Origin: Eubacteriales bacterium
GTDB lineage: Bacteria; Bacillota; Clostridia; Acetivibrionales; STF1-152
Reading direction: 5' to 3'
NCBI GenBank assembly: GCA_028703215.1
Contig: JAQVNH010000001.1
Coordinates: 1 to 28,515, forward strand
Length of the DNA: 28,515 nucleotides
Below the pieces are notes generated by a model, which saw nothing but the letters and a program-made list of their open reading frames with translations, was not told the origin of the DNA and searched no databases. Shown piece by piece: positions 1 through 8,396 of this stretch. The position numbers were made by a program, and so were the translations under genes. How positions within the stretch are numbered: the first letter of the stretch is position 1; each line of letters opens with the position of its first letter.

Positions 1-2
1 AC

Positions 3-1580
3 GTTATAGAAATGCTGAACATTACAAAGCAATTTCCCGGTATCAAAGCAAACGACAACATAACACTGCGCCTGAAAAAGGGTGAGATACACGCCCTGCT
101 CGGCGAGAACGGCGCTGGGAAAAGCACGCTGATGAGTATTCTTTTCGGGCTGTATCAGCCCGAATCCGGCACTATCAAAAAGAACGGCGAGATTGTAAGA
201 ATAAACAATCCGAATGACGCAAATGCATTGCATATCGGAATGGTACATCAGCATTTCATGCTGGTTGAAGTATTTACGGTACTCGATAATATTATTTTAG
301 GAGTTGAACCAAATCAGTTTGGATTTCTTAAGAAGAAAGAAGCCAGGCAGAGAATTATCGATCTCAGTAAAAAATACGGCCTGAGCGTTGAGCCGGATGC
401 CTTGATTGAAGATATTTCGGTCGGGATGCAGCAACGCGTTGAAATACTCAAAATGCTTTATCGTGATAATGAGATCCTGATATTCGATGAACCGACAGCA
501 GTTCTCACTCCCCAGGAAATTATGGAGCTCATGGGCATAATGCGCGGACTGACTGCCGAAGGCAAGTCGATTCTTTTTATAACCCACAAACTGAATGAAA
601 TAATGGATGTGGCAGACAGATGCACGGTGCTCAGGAAAGGCAGATATGTCGGCACCGTTGATGTCAAGAACACGACAAAGGAAGAGTTGTCGAGGATGAT
701 GGTCGGGAGGGATATTCAATTTACCGTTGACAAGGAAGATATAATACCCGGCAAAGTCGTTCTCAATGTCGAAAACGTCACAGTCCCGTCAAAACTTCAT
801 AAAAACAACGCCGTCAAAAATGTCTCATTCGAAGTACGCTCCGGAGAAATACTATGCCTGGCAGGAATAGAAGGCAACGGGCAAAGCGAATTCGTTTACG
901 GCCTGACCGGGATGGAAAAACTCAGCGGCGGTAAAATCACTCTTAATGGAGAAGATATTACAAAGGCAAGCATCCGAAGCCGTTCAAAGGCCGGAATCAG
1001 CCATATACCCGAAGACAGGCACAAGTACGGACTCGTGCTTGATTACACCCTGGCTCAAAATCTGGTGCTTCAGCGATATTGGGAACCCAAATTTCAAAAT
1101 GCAGGTTTTATTAATGAATCTGCGGTTTTGGAATATGCGGAGAATTTGATCGGGCAATACGACATTCGAAGCGGTCAGGGAGCAGCTACAGTAACCCGCA
1201 GCATGTCGGGCGGAAATCAGCAAAAAGCTATCGTCGCAAGGGAAATCGACAAGAATCCCGAGCTGCTTGTGGCGATACAACCGACAAGGGGTCTTGATGT
1301 AGGTGCTGTCGAGTATATCCACAATAAGATAGTTGCTCAGCGCGATGCCGGAAAAGCGGTGCTTCTTGTTTCCCTCGAACTCGATGAGGTAATGAATGTG
1401 TCTGACAGGATTCTAGTGATGTTTGAGGGTGAAATAGTCGGAGAATTCGATCCGAAAACCGCAACCGTTGAGGAAATCGGACTTTATATGGCGGGTGCAA
1501 AGCAGAAAACTCACGCATTATCCTCAGCGCCCCCAGATGCGGCTCCAATAATGACTGACTCGGAGGCGGGCAAATTATGA
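3..1580 (+). CDS. Nucleoside/sugar (CUT2, NupA/YufO-like) ABC transporter ATP-binding protein; true start probably lies a few codons left of the window
   Basis: Two fused ABC domains: Walker A GENGAGKS, Walker B ILIFDEPT, degenerate second Walker A GIEGNGQS, signature SMSGGNQQK. The frame is open to the window edge (gtt ata gaa atg = V-I-E-M), so ATG at 12 is likely internal. ATGA overlap with the next gene. Confidence 0.9.
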   Translation, partial: VIEMLNITKQFPGIKANDNITLRLKKGEIHALLGENGAGKSTLMSILFGLYQPESGTIKKNGEIVRINNPNDANALHIGMVHQHFMLVEVFTVLDNIILGVEPNQFGFLKKKEARQRIIDLSKKYGLSVEPDALIEDISVGMQQRVEILKMLYRDNEILIFDEPTAVLTPQEIMELMGIMRGLTAEGKSILFITHKLNEIMDVADRCTVLRKGRYVGTVDVKNTTKEELSRMMVGRDIQFTVDKEDIIPGKVVLNVENVTVPSKLHKNNAVKNVSFEVRSGEILCLAGIEGNGQSEFVYGLTGMEKLSGGKITLNGEDITKASIRSRSKAGISHIPEDRHKYGLVLDYTLAQNLVLQRYWEPKFQNAGFINESAVLEYAENLIGQYDIRSGQGAATVTRSMSGGNQQKAIVAREIDKNPELLVAIQPTRGLDVGAVEYIHNKIVAQRDAGKAVLLVSLELDEVMNVSDRILVMFEGEIVGEFDPKTATVEEIGLYMAGAKQKTHALSSAPPDAAPIMTDSEAGKL

Positions 1581-2707
1581 AGAAGATAAAAAAAAGATTC
1601 TTTCAAAACGCAGGCTTTGCGAGTTTTTTATCATCCCTCACGGCAATCGGAATAGGTTTGATTTTTGGCCTGGTATTGCTGCTGCTCTTTAACCCGGCAA
1701 AAGCTTTTAACGGTTTTAGCCAGATATTGTTTGCGGGCGCAAGCACAATGGCAAAATTCGCCAAGGTTTTATACCAGGCTGCGCCCCTTATAATGACAGG
1801 TCTGTCAGTCGGCTTTGCTTTTAAAACAGGCTTATTTAATATCGGAGCCTCAGGACAATATCTCATGGGAGCATTCTTTGCGCTGTTCACAGGGATCGTT
1901 CTTAAACAGCCATGGTGGGTGGCCTTGTTCTCAGCAATGATGGGCGGGGCTTTGTGGGGAGCAATGCCGGGCATATTCAAGGCCTTTTTCAATGTGAATG
2001 AGGTTATTACATCGATAATGTTCAACTGGATAGGCTTATTTGCCGTAAATCTGACTCTCTCGAATATCCCGAGCATTCTGGCTAATTACTACGGCGCTTC
2101 CAGCGCAGAAAGAACCGCAGTTTTAGGAGCTGCTAATCCTTCTGCGATGATTCCGAAAATGGGGCTCGATAAAATATTCGGCGCTTCTTATATCAATATC
2201 AGTATTTTCCTTACGATTTTGATCGCAGTCATCGCGTATATTGTTCTTAATAAAACCACATTCGGGTATGAGCTCAAAGCTTGCGGATATAACCGGAATG
2301 CCAGCATCTATGCCGGTATCAACGCAAAGCGCAATATAGTTTTTTCCATGGTTATAGCAGGCGCATTTTCGGGAATTGGCGGCGGAGTTTACTACCTAAG
2401 CGGTACGGCGCAGTACACCATTGAGAAGATTCTCCAGGCAATGGGCTTTAACGGGATACCTGTCGCGCTGCTGGCAACTTCAAATCCTCTTGGCACGATC
2501 TTAAGTGCTTTGTTTGTTTCATATATTCAGGTTGGCGGAGAGGCAATGCAGCCTGAATTTGCAAAGGAAATTATCGATATCATCATTTCGGTCATTATCT
2601 ACCTTAGTGCTTTCTCGCTCTTATTCAAAGGGCTGATAACTAAGTTTTTGAGTAAGAACAAACCCGAATATGCGGATGAGGAGGAAAGCGGGGAGGTGGC
2701 GTCATGA
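1577..2707 (+). CDS. Nucleoside ABC transporter permease (NupB/YufP-like)
   Basis: Polytopic hydrophobic protein with motifs GLFNIGASGQ, VNEVITSIMFNWI and GYELKACGYNRNASIYAGIN; overlaps both neighbours by 4 bp. Confidence 0.88.
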   Translation: MKKIKKRFFQNAGFASFLSSLTAIGIGLIFGLVLLLLFNPAKAFNGFSQILFAGASTMAKFAKVLYQAAPLIMTGLSVGFAFKTGLFNIGASGQYLMGAFFALFTGIVLKQPWWVALFSAMMGGALWGAMPGIFKAFFNVNEVITSIMFNWIGLFAVNLTLSNIPSILANYYGASSAERTAVLGAANPSAMIPKMGLDKIFGASYINISIFLTILIAVIAYIVLNKTTFGYELKACGYNRNASIYAGINAKRNIVFSMVIAGAFSGIGGGVYYLSGTAQYTIEKILQAMGFNGIPVALLATSNPLGTILSALFVSYIQVGGEAMQPEFAKEIIDIIISVIIYLSAFSLLFKGLITKFLSKNKPEYADEEESGEVAS

Positions 2708-3696
2708 TAGTCCTTGCAGATATTTTAAGCGCAACGCTGATTTTTGCAATACCCTTGCTTCTGGTAGCGCTGGGCGGCATGTTCAGCGAACGGAGCGGCA
2801 CCGTCAACATAGCGCTTGAAGGTATCATGATCATAGGCGCGCTATCCAGCTCTCTTTATCTCAAATTCGCAAATACATCCGGATTCGGCGCTGCCAATCC
2901 CCAGCTTGCGATGCTGATCGCAGTTATTGTGGCGGCATTTTCCGGTGTCATATACGCCCTGCTGCTCGCTTTTGCGGCAGTGAGCCTTAGAGCGGACCAG
3001 ACCATCGGCGGCACAGCGCTTAATATGCTTGCGCCTGCGTTTGCCATAGTTCTGACATGGGCTATACAAGGCCAGGGGCAAACCACGATATATATTCCGA
3101 CATGGATAAGAATAACCCCGGAAGCGTTTGGGCTTGCAAGAAGCCAGAACCCGGCTTTTTTTGAAGCGCTGATATTCAAGAACTTTTACCTTACAACGCC
3201 GATAGCCTTTTTACTTCTTGCGGTTGCCGTCATCCTGCTATATAAAACCAAATTCGGCCTGCGTCTCCGTTCTTGCGGCGAACATCCGCAAGCCGCGGAT
3301 TCCGTGGGAATAAACGTCTATAAAATACGGTATGTCGGCGTTATGATGTCCGGTTTTCTTGCAGGTATCGGCGGACTCGCGTATACTATAGCTGCCGGCT
3401 CCGGATTTCAGTCAACTGTTTCAGGGTATGGCTTCCTGGCATTGGCTGTAATGATTTTCGGCAACTGGAAACCTGTCAGGATCTTCGGCGCAGCTATGTT
3501 TTTTGCGCTTTTCAAGGTGATAGGCTCATACAGCGGGAGTTTATCCTTCCTGCCGAGTTTTTCAGGGATCAAGAATTCTCAGTATATATACCAAATGCTC
3601 CCCTATATCGTGACGATGATTGTTCTGGTATTCACATCCGGCAAGTCCCGTGCCCCCAAGGCCGAAGGCATTCCGTATGATAAAAGCAAAAGGTGA
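2704..3696 (+). CDS. Nucleoside ABC transporter permease (NupC/YufQ-like)
   Basis: Motifs GGMFSERSGTVNIALEG, GLRLRSCGEHPQAADSVGIN and GFLALAVMIFGNWKP; C-terminal APKAEGIPY typical of this family. Confidence 0.88.
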   Translation: MIVLADILSATLIFAIPLLLVALGGMFSERSGTVNIALEGIMIIGALSSSLYLKFANTSGFGAANPQLAMLIAVIVAAFSGVIYALLLAFAAVSLRADQTIGGTALNMLAPAFAIVLTWAIQGQGQTTIYIPTWIRITPEAFGLARSQNPAFFEALIFKNFYLTTPIAFLLLAVAVILLYKTKFGLRLRSCGEHPQAADSVGINVYKIRYVGVMMSGFLAGIGGLAYTIAAGSGFQSTVSGYGFLALAVMIFGNWKPVRIFGAAMFFALFKVIGSYSGSLSFLPSFSGIKNSQYIYQMLPYIVTMIVLVFTSGKSRAPKAEGIPYDKSKR

Positions 3697-3861
3697 GCGA
3701 TGATATTCGATTTTGTGCCGGGTATGAAAAGCAATTCTCCGCAAGCGAGAAAATAAATTCCCGGATTCAGGAAAAGTAATTTGTCTGTATGCAGGAAAAC
3801 ATATGATCAGGAAGGCGAATTGGCTTCACGCAAGAAAACTAAATTGACCGGGGAGAAACTT

Positions 3862-4461
3862 ATGGCAAAATTATACTATAAATACGGCGCTATGGGCAGC
3901 AGCAAGAGCGCGCAGGCTCTGATAGCCAAGTTCAACTACGAAGAGCGCGGCATGAGGGTGTGGCTGATCAAACCCTCTGCCGACACGCGCGACGGAGAAA
4001 TAATGATCCGGTCACGCATAGGTCTTGAATCCCCGGCAGAAAAAATCACCCCGGAAACGAATTTGCTTGCCCGTTTCAAAGAACTTTATCCGCTTAAATT
4101 GGATGTTGTCATTGCCGATGAATGCCAGTTTTTTGAACCCGCTCATATTGACGCTCTGCGGACGATCGTTGACGATTACTCAACGCCTGTGCTTTGTTTC
4201 GGTCTTCGTACAGATTTTCTGACCCATCTTTTCCCCGGAAGCAGACGTCTTTTCGAACTGGCTGACTCTATCTCGGAACTCAAAACAATATGCGAATGCG
4301 GCAGTAAAGCTACTGTGAATGCGCGCTACGGGACTGATGGTAAAATAATCACGAGAGGCGAGCAGGTATATCTGGGGGGCAATGAGAGCTACATCGCAAT
4401 GTGTCATAAATGCTGGAGGAATAAAATAAAAGAGCAGACGGAAAACGAGGGAAAATCTTGA
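3862..4461 (+). CDS. tdk: Thymidine kinase (type II), 199 aa
   Basis: P-loop YGAMGSSKS, Walker B IADECQF, GLRTDF motif, zinc site CECG...CHKC. Start placed at ATG 3862 because GGGAG lies at 3851-3855; the track's TTG at 3781 has no homologous N-terminus. Confidence 0.93.
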   Translation: MAKLYYKYGAMGSSKSAQALIAKFNYEERGMRVWLIKPSADTRDGEIMIRSRIGLESPAEKITPETNLLARFKELYPLKLDVVIADECQFFEPAHIDALRTIVDDYSTPVLCFGLRTDFLTHLFPGSRRLFELADSISELKTICECGSKATVNARYGTDGKIITRGEQVYLGGNESYIAMCHKCWRNKIKEQTENEGKS

Positions 4462-4478
4462 AATAATAGGAGAAAACA

Positions 4479-5147
4479 ATGGATATAAAAGAAATTTTAA
4501 GCAAGGTAGATCACACCAACCTGGTTCCCGGCGCGACCTGGACTGACATCAAATCTCTTTGTGATGAAGGCATTGAATACGGTTGCGCAAGCGTGTGCAT
4601 CCCCCCATCTTTCGTCAGGAAAGCAAGCGAATATGTAAGCGGATCTCTTAAAATATGCACAGTAATAGGATTTCCGAACGGTTACAGCGCTACTGCCGTA
4701 AAATGCTTTGAAACTGAGCAGGCAGTGCGCGATGGAGCCGATGAGATCGACATGGTCATCAATAACGGCATGGTAAAAAGCGGCAGATACAAGGAAATCC
4801 TCGAAGAAATCAAAGCAGTCCGTTGTTCCTGCGGCAACAGAATATTGAAGGTCATAGCAGAGGCCTGCCTTCTTACCTATGAGGAAAAAGTAAAAATTTG
4901 CGAAATCGTATCTGCTTCAGGCGCGGATTTTATCAAGACATCAACGGGCTTTTCTACCGGCGGGGCTACTCGAGAGGATGTAAGGTTGTTCCGCGAAAAG
5001 ATCGCGCCTCATGTTAAAATCAAAGCTGCGGGCGGAATAAGAAGTCTCGCCGATGCGGAGGATTTTATAAGACTTGGCGCAGAAAGGCTCGGAACCAGTT
5101 CGATCGTAAAAATAGTCAAGGGGATGGGCGCCTCGCAATCATATTAA
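4479..5147 (+). CDS. deoC: Deoxyribose-phosphate aldolase
   Basis: Motifs VDHTNL, VIGFPNG, DEIDMVIN, LKVIAE, FIKTSTGF (Schiff-base Lys) and IKAAGGIR; AGGAG RBS upstream. Confidence 0.95.
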   Translation: MDIKEILSKVDHTNLVPGATWTDIKSLCDEGIEYGCASVCIPPSFVRKASEYVSGSLKICTVIGFPNGYSATAVKCFETEQAVRDGADEIDMVINNGMVKSGRYKEILEEIKAVRCSCGNRILKVIAEACLLTYEEKVKICEIVSASGADFIKTSTGFSTGGATREDVRLFREKIAPHVKIKAAGGIRSLADAEDFIRLGAERLGTSSIVKIVKGMGASQSY

Positions 5148-5164
5148 AAAAGACAGGTGAAACC

Positions 5165-5572
5165 ATGGAACATAAAAAGCTTGTAAAATCAGCCATACAG
5201 GCAATGGCAGGAGCATATGTGCCATATTCCGGATTCAAGGTCGGCGCTGCTCTGCTTACGAAAAGCGGAAAAGTCTACACCGGATGTAATATTGAAAACG
5301 CGGCTTTTTCTCCCTCAAATTGCGCCGAGCGAACCGCTTTTTTCAAGGCTGTCAGCGAAGGGGAAAAGGAATTTGCCGCAATTGCGATTGTCGGCGGCCT
5401 TGAAGGCAAAATCAAGGAATACTGCCCCCCCTGCGGTGTTTGCAGACAAGTGATGAGTGAATTTTGTGCTGATGATTTCATTATCATACTCGGCAAGGAA
5501 GATGACGAATATAAAAGCTATACACTTGCCGAGCTTCTGCCGTTAAGGTTTTCAGAAAAAGATATCAGGTAA
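5165..5572 (+). CDS. cdd: Cytidine deaminase (homotetrameric type)
   Basis: AYVPYSGFKVGAAL, GCNIENA, CAERTA and PCGVCRQ zinc motifs. Confidence 0.95.
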   Translation: MEHKKLVKSAIQAMAGAYVPYSGFKVGAALLTKSGKVYTGCNIENAAFSPSNCAERTAFFKAVSEGEKEFAAIAIVGGLEGKIKEYCPPCGVCRQVMSEFCADDFIIILGKEDDEYKSYTLAELLPLRFSEKDIR

Positions 5573-5600
5573 AACTGATTTCCCCGATAATTATTTCGAT

Positions 5601-5632
5601 AAAAAAGCGGACGATTTCTGTCCGCTTTTTTT
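5601..5632. terminator. Bidirectional intrinsic terminator between convergent cdd and the LarA-like gene
   Basis: aaaaaa-GCGGAC-gatttct-GTCCGC-ttttttt: perfect 6-bp GC-rich stem flanked by an A-tract and a T-tract. Confidence 0.85.
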
Positions 5633-6896
5633 ATTCTGCGATCCAAAGTCCAAGTGCCGGGTTGCTTATGTAAAATATCCTCTCTCCGCTTTCAAGAGTA
5701 TTGTACCCGTCCTTAAGCTTCGACGGATCATATTTCACGATCGTCTTATCATAGGGAGCATATTTATAATATACGCTTTCGATCTCTTCTTTGGAAATAT
5801 TTTGGGCGGCATAGGTTATACTGAACCTTCCGTCCGAAGATCCGTGTATCAGATGTGCCGCTACCGAAAGATTATTTTTCAGATCTTCTTTTTCGCTGAC
5901 AAGTTTGAGTACTTTTTCACGTCCCGCATAGCCATATTTTCTGATAAGCCTGTCGTTTTCAGGATCTTCGCCAAACTTCTTTATGCCCGGGGCAAGAACA
6001 ATAAGCTCACCGCCTGTTTTGATGGCCATCCTGGTCCTGTAAACCGCTTTATTCCCGAGCCATGTGCTTTTGAACTCCTTTTCGTCAAGTAAAACAACAA
6101 CCTTTTCAAATGGTTCGCTTACATAAATCAGATTTTTCTTTTGACTGAGCTTGACTGCCTCCTCAAATATTTTGCGCTTCCGCCCCGCAAACAAACCGTG
6201 GATAACTGCTCTGCCGTGTTCTGCGGTAGTTACTGTCAGAACGTACATCAGAGGGATTTCCGCCAGGAAGTACTCTTCGGCGTAGTCGAATACCTTCCGG
6301 ACAGGCGAATGGTCCTTCCCCATTATCCGCTCCATTCCGTAAAAGGCGCCAAGCATATGCGAGCTGTTGATCATGCTGCTTCCGCCGCATCCTACAAATA
6401 CATTCTTACTGTAGTTTGCCATTCCCACAACTTCGTGAGGAACAACCTGTCCGATCGAAATTATAAGATCGTATATCGGATCAAGAATGCGTTTGTTCAA
6501 TTCCACATCTATGCAATTATTGACCAGACCCTCGGATATTTCACAGACATATTCCGCGGGCACTTCTCCGATCTTCACGACATCTGTTTTCCAGTTATGG
6601 ACAATGAATCTGTCCAAAGGGATTTTATCTCCGTACATTTCTCTGATTTCCGGTTCGGACATGGGGTCATGTGTGCCAAGCGCCGGAAGTATGTCGACAA
6701 CGCAATCGGTTTTTAACATTTCATAATACATGGCCGTTATCTTTCCGGCCTGCGAATGAAATCTTGTGAAATCCGGAGGGATAAGCAGCACTTTTTTGAG
6801 AGGTCCCTTATCTGAAAGCGATTCCTTGAGACGCTTTCTCAGCTCTATATCGCTTATTCCCTTTGCGGTAGTTGCTTTTACATAAATTTCGCCCAT
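5631..6896 (-). CDS. LarA-superfamily (DUF2088) nickel-pincer-dependent 2-hydroxyacid epimerase; probable D-mannonate/D-gluconate 2-epimerase (GntE-like)
   Basis: LarA-like motifs in order: PDFTR (Asp/Arg), ALGTH (catalytic His), PHEVVGMANYSKN (His plus cofactor Lys), NSSH (Ni-ligand His), LGNKA (second Lys). RBS AGGAAGGAG. Substrate is inferred from the uxuB/gnd context. Confidence 0.75.
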   Translation of the reverse strand: MGEIYVKATTAKGISDIELRKRLKESLSDKGPLKKVLLIPPDFTRFHSQAGKITAMYYEMLKTDCVVDILPALGTHDPMSEPEIREMYGDKIPLDRFIVHNWKTDVVKIGEVPAEYVCEISEGLVNNCIDVELNKRILDPIYDLIISIGQVVPHEVVGMANYSKNVFVGCGGSSMINSSHMLGAFYGMERIMGKDHSPVRKVFDYAEEYFLAEIPLMYVLTVTTAEHGRAVIHGLFAGRKRKIFEEAVKLSQKKNLIYVSEPFEKVVVLLDEKEFKSTWLGNKAVYRTRMAIKTGGELIVLAPGIKKFGEDPENDRLIRKYGYAGREKVLKLVSEKEDLKNNLSVAAHLIHGSSDGRFSITYAAQNISKEEIESVYYKYAPYDKTIVKYDPSKLKDGYNTLESGERIFYISNPALGLWIAE

Positions 6897-6936
6897 ATTG
6901 ACTCCTTCCTGACTTTTTTGCTCAAATCAATGGATA

Positions 6937-8388
6937 TCAAGCCGTATATGTCGTTGAAGCGGTGCCCCCGCCAAGTCCTGCCCAGTCAGTATGAAAAAAC
7001 TCGCCTCTCGGCTTGTCTGTTCTTTCATATGTGTGAGCCCCGAAATAGTCGCGCTGCGCCTGAAGCAGATTTGCCGGAAGCCGGTCATTTCTGTAGCCGT
7101 CAAAGTAGCAAAGAGCTGTCGTAAAGGCAGGCACCCAGATACCGTTCGTCATAGCTGTTGAAACGACTCTTCTCCACCCTTCCTGGGCAGCTTCTATTTT
7201 GTCCTTGAAGAAGTCATCAAGAAGAAGGTTCTCAAGACCCGGATTTTTATCAAACGCTTCCTTTATCTTGCCCAGGAACACCGACCGTATGATGCATCCG
7301 CCTCTCCACATCAAAGCTACTCCGCCGTAGTTGAGATTCCAGCCGTATGTTTTTGCCGCTGCCCTCATGAGTGTGTACCCCTGGGCATAAGACACGATTT
7401 TTGAGGCATAAAGCGCTTCCCGGATATCTTCGACAAAAGCCTTCTTATCACCTGTAAATTTGGGCTTTGGTCCTTTTAATATCCCGGACGCTTTGACTCT
7501 TTCCTCTTTCATAGCTGACAGACAGCGGGCGAAAACAGCTTCTCCGATAAGTGTCAATGGTATCCCCTCATCGAGTGCGGCTACGGCCGTCCATTTCCCG
7601 GTGCCCTTTTGTCCGGCTGTGTCCAGTATTTTATCTATCAGATAACCTCCGTCATTATCCTTGTAAGCAAGAATGTCCCGCGATATCTCTATAAGGTAGC
7701 TGTTAAGATTTCCTTTGTTCCATTCGCTGAAAACCTCATGCATTTCGTCGTTGCTCATCCCCAAAAGATCCTTCATGAGCTGGTATGCCTCGCATATAAG
7801 CTGCATGTCGCCGTATTCGATACCGTTATGCACCATTTTTACAAAATGGCCGGCTCCGTTTTCTCCCACCCATTCGCAGCACGGGGAACCGTCCTCGACT
7901 TTTACGCTAATACCCTGAAAAATCGGTCTGACATGAGCCCATGCCGCCGGAGAACCTCCCGGCATCATGCTCGGCCCCCTCAGCGCTCCCTCTTCTCCCC
8001 CTGAGACTCCGGTCCCAACGTAAAGAAGCCCTTTGCTCTCAACATATTCCGTTCTGCGTATCGTGTCCGGGAAGTGGGAATTTCCGCCGTCGATTATTAT
8101 GTCTCCCGCTTCAAGATAGGGAAGGAGCTTTTCAATGAAATCATCAACAGGCTTGCCTGCCTTGACCATCAGCATTACTTTCCTGGGTCTCTCAAGCGAG
8201 CCGACCAGTTCCTCTATCGAAAAAGCTCCGATTATATTTTTCCCGGCCGCGCGGCCTTCAACAAATGCCTTCACCTTTTCGGTCGTGCGGTTATAAACAG
8301 CAACGGTAAAGCCCTTGCTCTCCATGTTCATGACCAGATTCTCGCCCATGACTGCAAGTCCTATAAGTCCGATATCAGCTTTTTTCAT
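6937..8388 (-). CDS. gnd: 6-phosphogluconate dehydrogenase, decarboxylating, NADP-dependent, 483 aa
   Basis: GLIGLAVMG Rossmann motif, YNRT (NADP-specific Arg), IIDGGNS, VSGGEEGA, VKMVHNGIEYG, QAQRDYFGAH. Start at ATG 8388 with GAGG RBS. Confidence 0.96.
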   Translation of the reverse strand: MKKADIGLIGLAVMGENLVMNMESKGFTVAVYNRTTEKVKAFVEGRAAGKNIIGAFSIEELVGSLERPRKVMLMVKAGKPVDDFIEKLLPYLEAGDIIIDGGNSHFPDTIRRTEYVESKGLLYVGTGVSGGEEGALRGPSMMPGGSPAAWAHVRPIFQGISVKVEDGSPCCEWVGENGAGHFVKMVHNGIEYGDMQLICEAYQLMKDLLGMSNDEMHEVFSEWNKGNLNSYLIEISRDILAYKDNDGGYLIDKILDTAGQKGTGKWTAVAALDEGIPLTLIGEAVFARCLSAMKEERVKASGILKGPKPKFTGDKKAFVEDIREALYASKIVSYAQGYTLMRAAAKTYGWNLNYGGVALMWRGGCIIRSVFLGKIKEAFDKNPGLENLLLDDFFKDKIEAAQEGWRRVVSTAMTNGIWVPAFTTALCYFDGYRNDRLPANLLQAQRDYFGAHTYERTDKPRGEFFHTDWAGLGGGTASTTYTA

Positions 8389-8396
8389 GATTTTCC

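Noticed and set aside
3825-3856. CACGCAAG...ACCGGG resembling part of a purine riboswitch upstream of tdk
   Set aside because: The P1/P2/P3 stems and conserved junction nucleotides cannot be built, and there is no downstream terminator.
3781-3861. N-terminal extension of tdk from TTG 3781
   Set aside because: The RBS and family N-terminus (MAKLYYKYG) point to ATG 3862.
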